64,000 bases of DNA from an uncultured Candidatus Saccharibacteria bacterium (GCA_964350885.1 CAYGKV010000001.1:68891-132890), one strand, 5' to 3'. Positions 28,389 to 38,991 are shown, counted from the stretch's first letter. Notes: a model not told the origin generated them from the sequence alone. A program made the numbers and translations.

Positions 28389-29113
28389 GTGAAAAATTCG
28401 AAGTGGCAACACCGGCATTTGAGGGCCCCTTGGAGGCGCTCCTCAACATGATCGAGGCGCGGAAGATGTCTGTCTCGGATATTTCTCTCGTGGAAGTCAC
28501 CGATGCGTATCTCGCGTACGTAGAGAAATTGCCCGAACTCCCGCTCGGCGAGACTGCGCAGTTCATCCTGGTCGCTTCAACACTTCTCCTCATTAAATCT
28601 CGTGCGCTGCTTCCGACTCTGGAATTATCTGAAGACGAGCGCGAGAGCGTGGAAGAGCTTGAACGCCGCCTTGCGCGCTACGCGCTCTACCGCAAAGCTG
28701 CAAAGCTCTTGCGCGGGCGATGGGACAAAGCGCCGCTCTTTCTTGCGCGTCGCGCGCCGCTCCGCGCCTCTGTGTTCAGCCCCGCAGACGCGAGTGTCAC
28801 TCTCATAGCGGAAGCGGCAGCACGACTCGTACGCATCCTACCCAAACCAGAAGCGCTCGCGAAAGCTGCCGTTGCCCCAGTCTTGGCACTCGAAGATGTG
28901 ATCTCACTGTTGAAGACGCGTCTCACAACGGCATTTAAAGCTCGGTTCAGCGAACTTACCAAATCCCGAGGTCGCCACGAAGTGATCGTCTACTTTCTCG
29001 CAATGCTCGAGCTCGTCCGCTCCGGCTCGGCAAGCGTATCGCAGGAAAAATTGTTTGAAGACATCACGATCGAGGTAGAAAATATCGGGGGCGCTCCTCG
29101 CTATGGCACGTAA
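28385..29113 (+). CDS. scpA: segregation and condensation protein A
   Basis: FEGPLEALLNMIEARKMSVSDISLVEVTDAYLAY N-terminal signature. Confidence 0.8.
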   Translation: MSEKFEVATPAFEGPLEALLNMIEARKMSVSDISLVEVTDAYLAYVEKLPELPLGETAQFILVASTLLLIKSRALLPTLELSEDERESVEELERRLARYALYRKAAKLLRGRWDKAPLFLARRAPLRASVFSPADASVTLIAEAAARLVRILPKPEALAKAAVAPVLALEDVISLLKTRLTTAFKARFSELTKSRGRHEVIVYFLAMLELVRSGSASVSQEKLFEDITIEVENIGGAPRYGT

Positions 29114-29121
29114 GTAACCAT

Positions 29122-29691
29122 ATGACTACCGACCTCTCATCAAAAGCAGAAGCATTCCTTTTTAGCGAAGGAGGTTCGCTCACGCTTCGCAAACTCGCGC
29201 AACTTCTCGAAACCAACGAGGCCGAATTGCGTCAAGCACTCAAAGAGCTTTCGGATCGACGCGCAAACAGTGGACTTGCGGTTATCGTATCGGACACCGA
29301 GGTATCTCTCGCCGTCGCCCCCATGATCTCGCCCGCAATCAAGACCGCGTATGCGCGAGAGCTGGGGAATTCTATTGGGGATGCGGGGCTCGAGGTTCTC
29401 GCGATAATTTTGTATCACGGACCATCGACCCGCTCGAAGATCGATTACATTCGCGGCGTAAATACCAGCTCTACGATCCGGACGCTCCTCAGTCGCGGAC
29501 TTTTGGAACGCACGGGAAATCCTGATGATGGCCGCGAATACATCTACCGCGCGACCGTCGAATTACTCTCGCACCTCGGTATACGAAATTCCGATGAGCT
29601 TCCCGATCGAGAATCGATTGCAGCAGAGTTGGCTGCATTCGAAGCAACAGAACAGACTCCCGGCAATACATATGGAAATGAAGCTGCCTGA
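29122..29691 (+). CDS. scpB: segregation and condensation protein B
   Basis: Tandem winged-helix ScpB pattern (EAFLFSEGGSLTL...LEVLAIILYHGPSTRSKIDYIRGV). Confidence 0.8.
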   Translation: MTTDLSSKAEAFLFSEGGSLTLRKLAQLLETNEAELRQALKELSDRRANSGLAVIVSDTEVSLAVAPMISPAIKTAYARELGNSIGDAGLEVLAIILYHGPSTRSKIDYIRGVNTSSTIRTLLSRGLLERTGNPDDGREYIYRATVELLSHLGIRNSDELPDRESIAAELAAFEATEQTPGNTYGNEAA

Positions 29692-30658
29692 AAATTCGCC
29701 TTCATACAGGGTGGAAAAACCGCAGGTATCGGAGCGGTTTTGGGGTATCCTCAGTCTTGCTCTTATTTTCTTTGCGGGTGCTGTCTTTTCAATCTCGTAT
29801 TTTACTGGCACTATTCGCTATCCTATCCCACACGTAGCGGCAGCGGCGGCAATCGCGGATCCGTTTCTCGACATCTCGCTCACTGCGAAAAGTGTCTTGG
29901 TGTTGGACCTCGCGACGAATCAAGTACTATATGCTCGACATCCCGACGTGCAGCTTCCCCTTGCCTCGCTCACTAAAGTACCCCTCGCGCTCGTCGTTTC
30001 AGAAGCCTTAGCACCCAATTCGATCATCACGATCGAACCTCACGACACGCCTGACGGCGCTCCCATTCGCCTCCCCGCAGGGACTCAAGTGCGCGCGCAG
30101 GATCTTCTTGATTTCATGCTTGTCGCATCTTCCAACGAGGGCTCCGAGCTCTTGGCCGACGCAGCAGAGATTGGCCTACGCCGCGCGTACCCAGAAGCTG
30201 ACCAAGATAATGCAACGCTCTGGCGTATGAACAACCTCGCAACACACCTAGGGTTAAAGCACACCTACTTCCGGAATATCCACGGGCTCGATATGAGCGC
30301 TACGCAGGCAGGCGCATATGGATCCGCGCGCGATGTGGCTCGCTTGTTTGCGTATGTGACAACGAACGCCCCACACATCTTCGAGAGAACCTCGAGAGAA
30401 ACGATCTCGATCAACACGCTGGATGGAAAAAATATCACCGCCACAAATACCGATCAAGCGCTCTCCGCAATCCCCGGCCTTATTTTGGGCAAGACCGGAT
30501 TCACTGACTTGGCAGGAGGCAATCTCGCAATCGTTTTTGAGGTTGGGCCACTCCACCCAATCGTCGCCGTCGTCCTTCAATCGACGCAGGAAGGTCGTTT
30601 CGAGGACATGAAAAAACTTGTTGATGCGACCCTCTCCTCCATGGCGGAGGACAGGTGA
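29672..30658 (+). CDS. D-alanyl-D-alanine carboxypeptidase (serine peptidase S11, PBP5-like)
   Basis: N-terminal TM anchor, SLTK (SxxK) active-site motif, SNE-like (SSNEGSE) motif. Start taken at ATG 29672, overlapping the scpB end. Confidence 0.7.
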   Translation: MEMKLPENSPSYRVEKPQVSERFWGILSLALIFFAGAVFSISYFTGTIRYPIPHVAAAAAIADPFLDISLTAKSVLVLDLATNQVLYARHPDVQLPLASLTKVPLALVVSEALAPNSIITIEPHDTPDGAPIRLPAGTQVRAQDLLDFMLVASSNEGSELLADAAEIGLRRAYPEADQDNATLWRMNNLATHLGLKHTYFRNIHGLDMSATQAGAYGSARDVARLFAYVTTNAPHIFERTSRETISINTLDGKNITATNTDQALSAIPGLILGKTGFTDLAGGNLAIVFEVGPLHPIVAVVLQSTQEGRFEDMKKLVDATLSSMAEDR

Positions 30659-30683
30659 ACACGCCGTAGTAGAATAGAATCGT

Positions 30684-31760
30684 ATGCTTTCATCGATCGT
30701 TCGTATCCTCATCCCGGCGGGCGTTGCTTTTTTGATAGGCATTGCGAGCACTCCAATGCTCACGCATTACCTCTATAAATACAAAGCGTGGAAAAAGCGC
30801 CCAGGGAAGCTCACGTTCGATGGCAACACTGCTCACGAATTCAATCGCCTCCACAGCCTGAATGAAGTGCGCGTCCCGCGTATGGGCGGCATCGTCATCT
30901 GGGGAAGCGTGGTCCTGACGATCCTGGGCATAGCACTCGCTGCTGCGGTATACCCAAATACCACCATGACCAGCTTGGATTTCTTGAGTCGAAACCAAAC
31001 GTGGTTGCCGCTTGCGGCGCTCTTGGTCGGAGCTCTCGTCGGGTTCATCGACGACATCATGGTCATTCGCCCGGAGGCCGTGGGATTACAATTGCGATAC
31101 CGGCTGTATATCGTCATTACACTTTCCTCTTTCATTGGCTGGTGGTTCTGGGCGAAATTGGACGTAACAACTGTCAATATTCCATTTCTCTATCCGTTGG
31201 AAATCGGATGGCTCATCGTCCCGCTTTTTGTCCTTGTCTCACTCGCACTCTATGCCTCAGGAGTGATCGACGGTATTGATGGACTTTCCGGCGGTGTCTT
31301 TGCTTCGATTTTCGCCTCGTACACAATCATCGCATTCGCACAAAATCAGGTTGATTTGGCGGCATTTACCGCGTGCGTGGTTGGTGGCATCCTCGCGTTT
31401 CTATGGTTCAACATTCCCCCGGCGCGTTTCTACATGAGCGACACCGGCACCATGGGTCTCACGTTGGCCGTGGGTACCGTCGCTTTTATGACCGACAGCC
31501 TGGGCGGGGGAGTCGGGATCAGTGTGCTCCCTGTGATTGGCGCACTTCTCGTCATAACGGTACTCTCCGACATCGCGCAAGTCCTATCGAAGAGATTCTT
31601 GAAACGAAAACTCCTCCGAATTGCACCTCTCCACCACCATTTTGAGGCTATAGGTTGGCCGGGATACAAGATCGTCATGCGCTATTGGGTGCTTTCAATC
31701 GTCTTTGCATTCGCGGGAGTTATCATCGCGTTATCTGCGACGGGGACAGGCCTGGAGTAG
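30684..31760 (+). CDS. mraY: phospho-N-acetylmuramoyl-pentapeptide transferase
   Basis: IDDIMVI, DGIDGL and APLHHHFE signatures. 10 TM. Confidence 0.9.
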   Translation: MLSSIVRILIPAGVAFLIGIASTPMLTHYLYKYKAWKKRPGKLTFDGNTAHEFNRLHSLNEVRVPRMGGIVIWGSVVLTILGIALAAAVYPNTTMTSLDFLSRNQTWLPLAALLVGALVGFIDDIMVIRPEAVGLQLRYRLYIVITLSSFIGWWFWAKLDVTTVNIPFLYPLEIGWLIVPLFVLVSLALYASGVIDGIDGLSGGVFASIFASYTIIAFAQNQVDLAAFTACVVGGILAFLWFNIPPARFYMSDTGTMGLTLAVGTVAFMTDSLGGGVGISVLPVIGALLVITVLSDIAQVLSKRFLKRKLLRIAPLHHHFEAIGWPGYKIVMRYWVLSIVFAFAGVIIALSATGTGLE

Positions 31761-31786
31761 TTTTTCAGGTGTTACTATAAGCACCC

Positions 31787-32887
31787 ATGCGTCACAGCAA
31801 AATCGACAAACCTCTGTTGTTTCTTTTGGTGGTTCTCATATTCGGAGGGTTTTTGATTTTTTCTTCCGCGGCATTTGGATTGCTCGCACGCGGACAAAAC
31901 GGCATGTTGTCAGTCGCTTTCAATCACCTGGTGCTTGGGATCGGGCTTGGCGTGCTATGTCTCACCGTACTTGCGATGATAGATTACCGGCAATGGCGAT
32001 ATTTTGCACCGTATTTGTTTGCGGCGACACTGGTAGCGACCGCCCTTGTGTTTGTCCCGCAGATAGGTTTTTCGCACGGTGGCGGCACTCGATGGCTCGA
32101 TATATTTGGCCTGTCTGTCCAGCCATCCGAAGCGGTGAAAATAACATCCATTATGTTTGCATCCGCATTCTTTGGGGCAGTTCGCGGGCGTGCAGAATCA
32201 ATCATGTGGGGTCTTGGAGGATTTTTTGCCATTATCGCGATTCCTGCGATTCTTCTTTTTCTCCAACCCGACATCGGGACATTGAGCATTATCGCTCTCT
32301 CCACATTCGTCGTGTATGTTGCGGCTGGGGCACGGTGGCGGGACATAGGGATAGCAATCGTGATCGCGCTCATTTGTTTTGCGAACATTCTCTATCTCAA
32401 GCCACACGCTCGAGATCGTGTCGTTACGTTTATCAACCCTTCAGCAAATAGCCAGGCCTCTGGGTATCAAATTCGGCAATCGTTGATCGCGATCGGTTCG
32501 GGCGAATTCTTGGGTCGAGGCTTTGGACAAGGGATACAGAAGTTCACCTATCTGCCTGAGCCGATGGGGGATTCCATATTCGCCGTTGCAGCAGAAGAGC
32601 TTGGGTTTGTGGGGTCCGTCATTATCATCGCGGTATTTCTAGGGCTCGCACTTCGTGGATTCGGCATTGCGACCCAAGCGCCAGATCTTTTTGGTGGCTT
32701 ACTTGCTGTCGGAATATCAACGTATCTTGTAGGCGAGGCATTTATCAACATTGCCGCCATGCTCGGCGTGGCACCCCTCACAGGAGTGCCGCTCACCTTT
32801 ATGAGTCAAGGAGGGAGTGCGATGCTCGTTTCCTTAGCGAGCGCCGGCATACTCCTCAACATCTCCCGCCACCGCCGTGCGTCCTGA
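31787..32887 (+). CDS. ftsW: SEDS-family peptidoglycan glycosyltransferase FtsW/RodA
   Basis: Polytopic SEDS protein between mraY and murG. GGSAMLVSLASAGILLNIS C-terminal signature. Confidence 0.8.
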   Translation: MRHSKIDKPLLFLLVVLIFGGFLIFSSAAFGLLARGQNGMLSVAFNHLVLGIGLGVLCLTVLAMIDYRQWRYFAPYLFAATLVATALVFVPQIGFSHGGGTRWLDIFGLSVQPSEAVKITSIMFASAFFGAVRGRAESIMWGLGGFFAIIAIPAILLFLQPDIGTLSIIALSTFVVYVAAGARWRDIGIAIVIALICFANILYLKPHARDRVVTFINPSANSQASGYQIRQSLIAIGSGEFLGRGFGQGIQKFTYLPEPMGDSIFAVAAEELGFVGSVIIIAVFLGLALRGFGIATQAPDLFGGLLAVGISTYLVGEAFINIAAMLGVAPLTGVPLTFMSQGGSAMLVSLASAGILLNISRHRRAS

Positions 32888-32943
32888 AGGCAGGGGAGTC
32901 AACTTCGTGAAGCATTGAAGTGATGTTGTGATAAAATGCCCGA

Positions 32944-34086
32944 ATGCGTATAGTACTCGTTGGAGGGGGGAGTGGAGGACATTTTTATCCTCTTATCGCT
33001 GTTGTAGAAGCAATTGAAGATATCTGCAAAGAGCGAACTTTGGTAGAGCCTGAATTCCTCTATATTGGCCCACTCGCGTTTGATCCAGAAGCTCTTATTG
33101 TCCACAATATTGACTATATTCCAAGCAACGCAGGTCGTATACGACGATACCCCAGCATCCTCAACGTCCTCAGTGTTTTCGCGAATGGCATTGGTGTCAT
33201 ACGCTCAACACTCCAGCTTTTCAATATTTACCCAGATGTGGTTTTTTCAACGGGAGGGTTTGCTGCTTTCCCAACCCTTTTTGCCGCTCGGATCCTTCGC
33301 ATACCGGTCGTCATTTACGATGCAGACGCAGAGCCCGGGCGCGTATCCCTGTGGTCATCCAAATTTGCACGCTGGATCGCCCTCGCCCATCCGTTTGCCG
33401 CAGAGAAATTCCCGGAAAAAACGCGCGACAGAATTGCACGCGTGGGACATCCCATACGCAGAGAGATTATCGACCCCGCAAAAGAAGGGGGTATCGAATT
33501 TCTCAAACTCGATCCTGCAGTCCCGACAATTTTCATTATGGGCGGCTCTCAGGGCGCGCGCGCGATCAACGAGGTTGTCTTAGACGCACTTACTGAGCTC
33601 GTATCCGAATTCAACATCGTCCATCAGGTCGGCTCTGCAAACGTAAAGGAGGTGAGCGATATCGCTTCCGTTATTCTAAAAGACTCTCGTTTCGCGTCGC
33701 GATACAAGATTTTCAGCCTCTTGAACGCGCTTGCGCTGCGTATGACGGCAGGAATTAGCTCTCTTGTCGTAGCCCGGGCGGGATCGGGGACGATTTTTGA
33801 GGTCGCGAGCTGGGGCATTCCCGCCATTTTTATTCCCATTCCCAAAGACATCTCTCACGATCAGACAGAAAATGCATTCTCGTATGCGCGTAAAGACGCG
33901 GCAGTCGTCATCGAGCAACACAACCTTACTCCACATTTGCTGGTGGCAGAGATTCGACGCCTCATGGGCGACCAAAATGAGCGTGAAAAAATGGCGAACG
34001 CGGCTCGAGCATTTGCACAACCGGAAGCTGCGCGTAAAATCGCCACGGTCCTCCTCGAAATAGCCATATCTCACGAACCTGTCTAA
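32944..34086 (+). CDS. murG: UDP-N-acetylglucosamine--LipidI N-acetylglucosaminyltransferase
   Basis: LVGGGSGGHFYPLIAV N-terminal G-loop, GT-B fold. Confidence 0.85.
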   Translation: MRIVLVGGGSGGHFYPLIAVVEAIEDICKERTLVEPEFLYIGPLAFDPEALIVHNIDYIPSNAGRIRRYPSILNVLSVFANGIGVIRSTLQLFNIYPDVVFSTGGFAAFPTLFAARILRIPVVIYDADAEPGRVSLWSSKFARWIALAHPFAAEKFPEKTRDRIARVGHPIRREIIDPAKEGGIEFLKLDPAVPTIFIMGGSQGARAINEVVLDALTELVSEFNIVHQVGSANVKEVSDIASVILKDSRFASRYKIFSLLNALALRMTAGISSLVVARAGSGTIFEVASWGIPAIFIPIPKDISHDQTENAFSYARKDAAVVIEQHNLTPHLLVAEIRRLMGDQNEREKMANAARAFAQPEAARKIATVLLEIAISHEPV

Positions 34087-34088
34087 AT

Positions 34089-35420
34089 ATGAACATCCGC
34101 GTACGATTTCCCCCGAGCCCCACCGGATACTGCCATGTGGGTACCGCGCGCATGGCGCTCATCAACTACATGTTTGCGCGCCGAAATAGCGGTTCCATTG
34201 TATTTCGTATCGAAGACACCGACAAAGAACGCAGCACCAAAGAATTCGAAGAAGATATCGTCGCGAGTGTCAAATGGCTAGGGCTCGATTGGGACGAATT
34301 CTACCGACAATCAGAACGAACCCAAGTGTATGTGCAAGCGCTTCAAACTCTGATCAACAAAGGCGCGGCATATATTTCCGAAGAAGAGAGTAGGAAGGAG
34401 CCGGGCAAGGTGGCCAAGGTCGTGCGACTCAAGAATCCAAACAAAATTGTCATGTTTCAAGACATCATCCGCGGTCCGATCACGTTTGATACGACCGAAC
34501 TCAAAGATTTTGTCATCGCCCGTGCGATTGACGATCCGCTCTACCATTTGTCAGTCGTTGTCGACGACGCCGAAATGGGCATCAGTCATGTGATTCGCGG
34601 TGAGGAGCACATATCGAATACTCCGCGACAAATCCTTGTCCAAGAAGCACTCGGGTATGCGCGCCCCCAATACGCGCACTATCCACTCTTCCTCGGCGCG
34701 GATAAATCCAAACTCTCGAAGAGAAAAGGCGATGTATCGATCCGTGACTACCGAGAAGATGGGTACTTGCCAGAAGCGATGGTGAATTTTATTGGCGTTT
34801 TGGGGTGGACCCCGCCGTCTGAAAGAGAAATATTGTCACTCGACGAAATGGTCGCGGAGTTTGACCTCAAAGATCTACATAAAAGTGGGGCTGTATTTGA
34901 TGTCGAGAAGCTCAATTGGTTCAACCACTCGTACCTCACGAGCTTCACTATAGAGGAGTACGAGCAGAAGCTCATGGATTTTGCAAAAACAAAAAAGATT
35001 ACCGAGATTCCTACACTTTCTCACATCTCTCGTGACCTCCAGCAACGCGCGCAAACACTAGAGGAAGCGCTCCAACTCTACGAAGGGGAATACAAAAACC
35101 TCGAAAACGAGCCTTCCTACGACAACGCTTTACTTCTGAAGGGGGCAAAAGTGGACGCAGAGACTGCGAGAAAACACCTCGTGTATACGTCTTCCCGATT
35201 GGGGGCGATACCCAATGACGCCATATTCGACGCTGAACGTGTAAAAAAAGAAATTTTCGATTACGCCACCGAGCAGGGGAGAGGTTCGGTGCTTTGGCCG
35301 CTGCGTGTTGCGCTGACCGGCAAAGAAAAATCTCCCGACCCTTTCACCGTTGCAGGATACCTCGGCAAAGAGCGGACCGTGCGACGCATACAAACCGCCA
35401 TTGAAAAGCTCGAGGTATGA
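34089..35420 (+). CDS. gltX: glutamyl-tRNA synthetase
   Basis: RFPPSPTGYCHVG (HIGH) and KLSKR (KMSKS) motifs. Confidence 0.85.
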   Translation: MNIRVRFPPSPTGYCHVGTARMALINYMFARRNSGSIVFRIEDTDKERSTKEFEEDIVASVKWLGLDWDEFYRQSERTQVYVQALQTLINKGAAYISEEESRKEPGKVAKVVRLKNPNKIVMFQDIIRGPITFDTTELKDFVIARAIDDPLYHLSVVVDDAEMGISHVIRGEEHISNTPRQILVQEALGYARPQYAHYPLFLGADKSKLSKRKGDVSIRDYREDGYLPEAMVNFIGVLGWTPPSEREILSLDEMVAEFDLKDLHKSGAVFDVEKLNWFNHSYLTSFTIEEYEQKLMDFAKTKKITEIPTLSHISRDLQQRAQTLEEALQLYEGEYKNLENEPSYDNALLLKGAKVDAETARKHLVYTSSRLGAIPNDAIFDAERVKKEIFDYATEQGRGSVLWPLRVALTGKEKSPDPFTVAGYLGKERTVRRIQTAIEKLEV

Positions 35421-36706
35421 GCGTTCGCTTTCCTTGGTTTCTTGTCCTCGCGGTCTCTCTATTTTTCGCATTTTCAGTACAGGGTGTTTTCGCCCAAGGA
35501 TCCAGCGCGGCGAGCTTACAAAAACAGATCGATGATCACAATGCGCAGATTGCGACTATCGACAAAGAGATCGCGCAATTTCAAGCCCAACTCGATACGA
35601 TAGGGACAAAAAAGAAAACGCTCCAAAATACTCTGTCGCAACTTGACGTTTCGATCAAAAAAACCACCGCCTCAATAAACGCAACGAAAAAAAAGATCAG
35701 CGCGACGCAATTGGAAATCCAACGGCTTGCCCTCGGGATCGCGAACAAACAGTTATCTATTGAAACCGGAGAAGCTGGTCTCGGCGAATCAATCCGCACG
35801 CTTCATGAGAAAGAAACACAACCGCTGGTGATCCGCTTACTCGGCGTTGAGGATATTTCTGATGCGTGGGTAGACATCGACAGCACTCAAACGCTCCAGA
35901 AAGCGATCGGGGAGCAAATTGATAGACTCTACGCCGAAAAACAATCTCTCACGGATACCAAAACAGCGACTGAAGAGAAGAAGGCGCAACTCGTGAAGCA
36001 GCAGGATACGCTCTTGGCACAGCAAGGCTCACTAAACGCCCAAAAAAAGGCCCAAAGCGAGCTTTTGACGCAGACGAAGTCACAAGAATCCACCTACCAA
36101 TCCATCCTTGCTCAGAAGCAGGCAGCAAAAGAGAGCTTTGAAGCCGTGCTCACGGACCTCAAATCGCAGTTCCAACGAGCCGTCAATCCGTCGGACATAC
36201 TTACCGCCGGCAAGGGGATACTGCGCTGGCCTGTCGACAAGGTCCGCGTTACGCAACCATTCGGCAACACCGCCTTCGCAGCCTCAGGCGCATACAACGG
36301 TAAGGGACACAACGGCATAGACATCGCCGCCCCCATCGGAACACCCCTCAAAGCCGCGCTCACGGGGACCGTCATCGGGACCGGCAACACCGACAACGTA
36401 CGCGGCTGCTACTCCTATGGAAAATGGGTGATGATAAAGCACGGCAATGGGCTCAACACTATGTACTCGCACCTCTCACAGATCAACGTCTCGACGGGAC
36501 AATCGGTGGCGACGGGACAGATAATCGGATACAGCGGGGAAACGGGCTACGCAACGGGCCCACACCTGCACTTTGGCGTCTATGTATCTTCTGCCACACA
36601 GATCGTAACGCTCGGCTCTGCCACCAACTCCAAAACGCCGTGCGCGAACGCCGTCATGCCCGTCGCTCCACTTCCGGCATATTTGAACCCGATGAATTAT
36701 TTGTAG
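35417..36706 (+). CDS. M23 family metallopeptidase with N-terminal coiled-coil (EnvC-like)
   Basis: Signal peptide, long coiled-coil, then LytM domain (HNGIDIAAP...HLHFGVY). Confidence 0.75.
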   Translation: MSVRFPWFLVLAVSLFFAFSVQGVFAQGSSAASLQKQIDDHNAQIATIDKEIAQFQAQLDTIGTKKKTLQNTLSQLDVSIKKTTASINATKKKISATQLEIQRLALGIANKQLSIETGEAGLGESIRTLHEKETQPLVIRLLGVEDISDAWVDIDSTQTLQKAIGEQIDRLYAEKQSLTDTKTATEEKKAQLVKQQDTLLAQQGSLNAQKKAQSELLTQTKSQESTYQSILAQKQAAKESFEAVLTDLKSQFQRAVNPSDILTAGKGILRWPVDKVRVTQPFGNTAFAASGAYNGKGHNGIDIAAPIGTPLKAALTGTVIGTGNTDNVRGCYSYGKWVMIKHGNGLNTMYSHLSQINVSTGQSVATGQIIGYSGETGYATGPHLHFGVYVSSATQIVTLGSATNSKTPCANAVMPVAPLPAYLNPMNYL

Positions 36707-37353
36707 CGCTTGCCGCTGCGATTCCATTCTGTCGTTTTCATCGCGCGTAATTCTACTTTTGCGCCACGTCGCAAAAGTTTCAGATTTTTCTGTGGAGCGA
36801 TAGGGAAGTGGGGAGACTCGTCGAGTGCGTCTACGAGCCACACGAGGTCTTCCCCTTCCGTAACCCATTTTTGAGGAGCGGATTGCGATAGATCATACGG
36901 CTTGGAATAAGCGCGAAGCGACTTTTTGCCATTCCATTCCAAGTATTCGTGAAAATACGACATCGCGAGCTCGCGCGGTGATTCGTATACCGGATCACGG
37001 TATCGCAATATCGAATGATTCGTTTTACTTATCGCACCCCAGCGTCCGAATTGTTTGAAAAGGGTAATGACATGATCTTCGTCGGTCGGCACCGTCTGGA
37101 AATCCATAAGAAGAGGCGGCTGACCATAATACGCCAAGGCTGCCGCCGCCAATAAGGCCCCCTCAAAGCAATGGGCGCTCTTTTCCTCGATAACTCGTCT
37201 CGGCGACATATATGTCTCCCCCTGGAGCTCAAAATTTATAGGTAGAGTATCGAGGTAATCCTGAATCTTTTGCGGGGTCGAAAGTTTTCGGAGAAGATCT
37301 CGTTCAAGGGGACGGAGGAGCGCCTTTAGAGCAGAAGGGTAGCTTTGACGCAT
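36697..37353 (-). CDS. hypothetical protein with transglutaminase-like Cys motif
   Basis: KSAHCFEGALLAAAALAYYGQP resembles the transglutaminase/papain-like core (C...H...D). Start uncertain: the ORF extends to 37458 (GTG/ATG); ATG at 37353 chosen. Convergently overlaps the M23 gene by 10 nt. Confidence 0.35.
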   Translation of the reverse strand: MRQSYPSALKALLRPLERDLLRKLSTPQKIQDYLDTLPINFELQGETYMSPRRVIEEKSAHCFEGALLAAAALAYYGQPPLLMDFQTVPTDEDHVITLFKQFGRWGAISKTNHSILRYRDPVYESPRELAMSYFHEYLEWNGKKSLRAYSKPYDLSQSAPQKWVTEGEDLVWLVDALDESPHFPIAPQKNLKLLRRGAKVELRAMKTTEWNRSGKRYK

Positions 37354-37676
37354 ATAGGTGGATTGTAGCGTGTCTGAGAGGCTCTCACAGCCCCTCCTGT
37401 GAGGCACCTGCTGCTGAGCTCGATTGATTGGGTTGCTAAATGTACCTATGCGTCGCAAAAGATATATTGTGCGACGTGCAGTATCTCGTCCCCTCGAGGT
37501 GCTGCAAGTATTACAACACGATCAGGTCAAGTGTCGATACTGCTCTATTTTTGCATGTGATGAATTTTTTCTCGATTCTTTTGAGAATACTTCTGGAAAA
37601 TATTTCCGAAGAATTAAATCTCCTGGAAACTGGAAAGTGGAATAGGGGTATCTCCCCTTCCGTCTTGGGGGTAAGA

Positions 37677-38273
37677 CTAAACGACCTTCCAAGGAATTTC
37701 GAATTGTGAAAATTCCGGCAATAATTTTCTTCCGTACAATAATCGTGAGATGACTTCTGCATGGCAGAGTGCGCCAGTAAGCGCATTGTGAGGCGAGGGT
37801 TCTTCCGGAATGCCGCAGTAGTTGAGTACGGCGTCAAGATTCAGCGCAGATCGACGATGCTTCACGGGCGGCTGCAAACCTCTGTTTACCATATGCATGT
37901 AGCACATCGTGTGCGTATCAAGTGTGCGATGCGCAAACGGCCAGTCAGTGTGTCCTGCTCTTTCGGCCGCCTCTTTGAGGAAATCACGATCAAACGAGAC
38001 ATTCTGCCCGGCAAACGTCCGCTCTTCCACACCCTCACTCCACGCTAAGAATGCATGCGTGAGATCAGCCTCGCTCGACTTCGATGCGTCGGTGACCTGC
38101 TCGCGCGTAAAACCATTCACGGCGAGCGCCTCATCCATGATATGTGCGCCATCCCAAGCGCGACATTCCATATAAAACCGATTGGTCGGTTTCGCTATGT
38201 CGAGTGCCCCAATACTTACAATAGAATGCTTCTTGGGTTCCGTTCCCGAAGCTTCGACATCAACAACAAGCAT
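37677..38273 (-). CDS. DnaQ-like 3'-5' exonuclease (DEDD family)
   Basis: MLVVDVEASG Exo I motif, NVSFDRDFL Exo II-like motif. Start at ATG 38273 avoids overlap with the upstream gene. Confidence 0.6.
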   Translation of the reverse strand: MLVVDVEASGTEPKKHSIVSIGALDIAKPTNRFYMECRAWDGAHIMDEALAVNGFTREQVTDASKSSEADLTHAFLAWSEGVEERTFAGQNVSFDRDFLKEAAERAGHTDWPFAHRTLDTHTMCYMHMVNRGLQPPVKHRRSALNLDAVLNYCGIPEEPSPHNALTGALCHAEVISRLLYGRKLLPEFSQFEIPWKVV

Positions 38274-38292
38274 ACAATGCAAGTATAGCGCA

Positions 38293-38652
38293 TCATTGCA
38301 GTCCCTTACAGTTTTTTGCAGGCGCATACCCTGCTTTCTGTGCCTCTTTCTCACTTTGAAACCATATCTGATTTCGTGCTGCGATTTGAGCGGCTCCGGC
38401 GCACCACGGGTAGTGGTAGGTGTTGCCGGTTCTCGAGGCAACGAAGAAGCCCCCGGCCACTAAGGGTCGTGGCTGCGCCTCGGGTGCCTGAATCACGGCG
38501 ACAAGCGGTCGAGTCTCTTCTAAGGTGGAAAGACGCCCTAATCCAAAGGATGCGAGAGCTACGAGGAATACCACGCACAGGAGGCCCCATTCCCCTATCC
38601 CATCCGAGAAAGCAGACTTGATTTTCTGCCGCGATTCATGTATATTCTGCAT
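38293..38652 (-). CDS. small membrane-anchored protein with Ada-like Zn-binding motif
   Basis: One TM helix ([18 protein letters not shown]). C-terminal [37 protein letters not shown] resembles the Ada N-terminal metal-binding domain (FCRPSC...F..A.EA.AAGFRPCKRC). Divergent from rpmA with only a 25-nt spacer. Confidence 0.45.
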   Translation of the reverse strand: MQNIHESRQKIKSAFSDGIGEWGLLCVVFLVALASFGLGRLSTLEETRPLVAVIQAPEAQPRPLVAGGFFVASRTGNTYHYPWCAGAAQIAARNQIWFQSEKEAQKAGYAPAKNCKGLQ

Positions 38653-38677
38653 GTTAGGAAATTATACATCGCATACT

Positions 38678-38950
38678 ATGGCACATACAAAAGCAGGCGG
38701 CACAGCGCATAACCTTACAGATTCAAATCCAAAATACCTCGGCGTCAAACGCGCCGACGGTCAGAAAGTCGGCATAGGAGAAATAATCGTTCGCCAGCGC
38801 GGCACCGCCATCATGGCTGGCAAAAACATCGGGATTGGCGTAGACCATACCCTTTTCGCCCAGACGAACGGCACCGTCCATTTTCGCACAAAGAGAAAGA
38901 CAAATTTCGACGGTCGCACTGTCACAAGACGCATCGTCGATGTGATTTAA
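38678..38950 (+). CDS. rpmA: 50S ribosomal protein L27
   Basis: MAHTKAGG...[18 protein letters not shown] signature. ATG at 38678 inside the longer GTG track ORF. Confidence 0.9.
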   Translation: MAHTKAGGTAHNLTDSNPKYLGVKRADGQKVGIGEIIVRQRGTAIMAGKNIGIGVDHTLFAQTNGTVHFRTKRKTNFDGRTVTRRIVDVI

Positions 38951-38991
38951 CAAAATCACAGTCTGCGACTATCTTCGACCTACTGGGTAAT

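Noticed and set aside
37424-37837. ORFs 37424-37645(+), 37440-37709(+), 37511-37837(-) in the AT-rich spacer between the exonuclease and transglutaminase-like genes
   Set aside because: They are mutually overlapping, low-complexity, Cys/Phe-rich translations of AT-rich DNA with no start context. The region is more likely non-coding (regulatory or degenerate).
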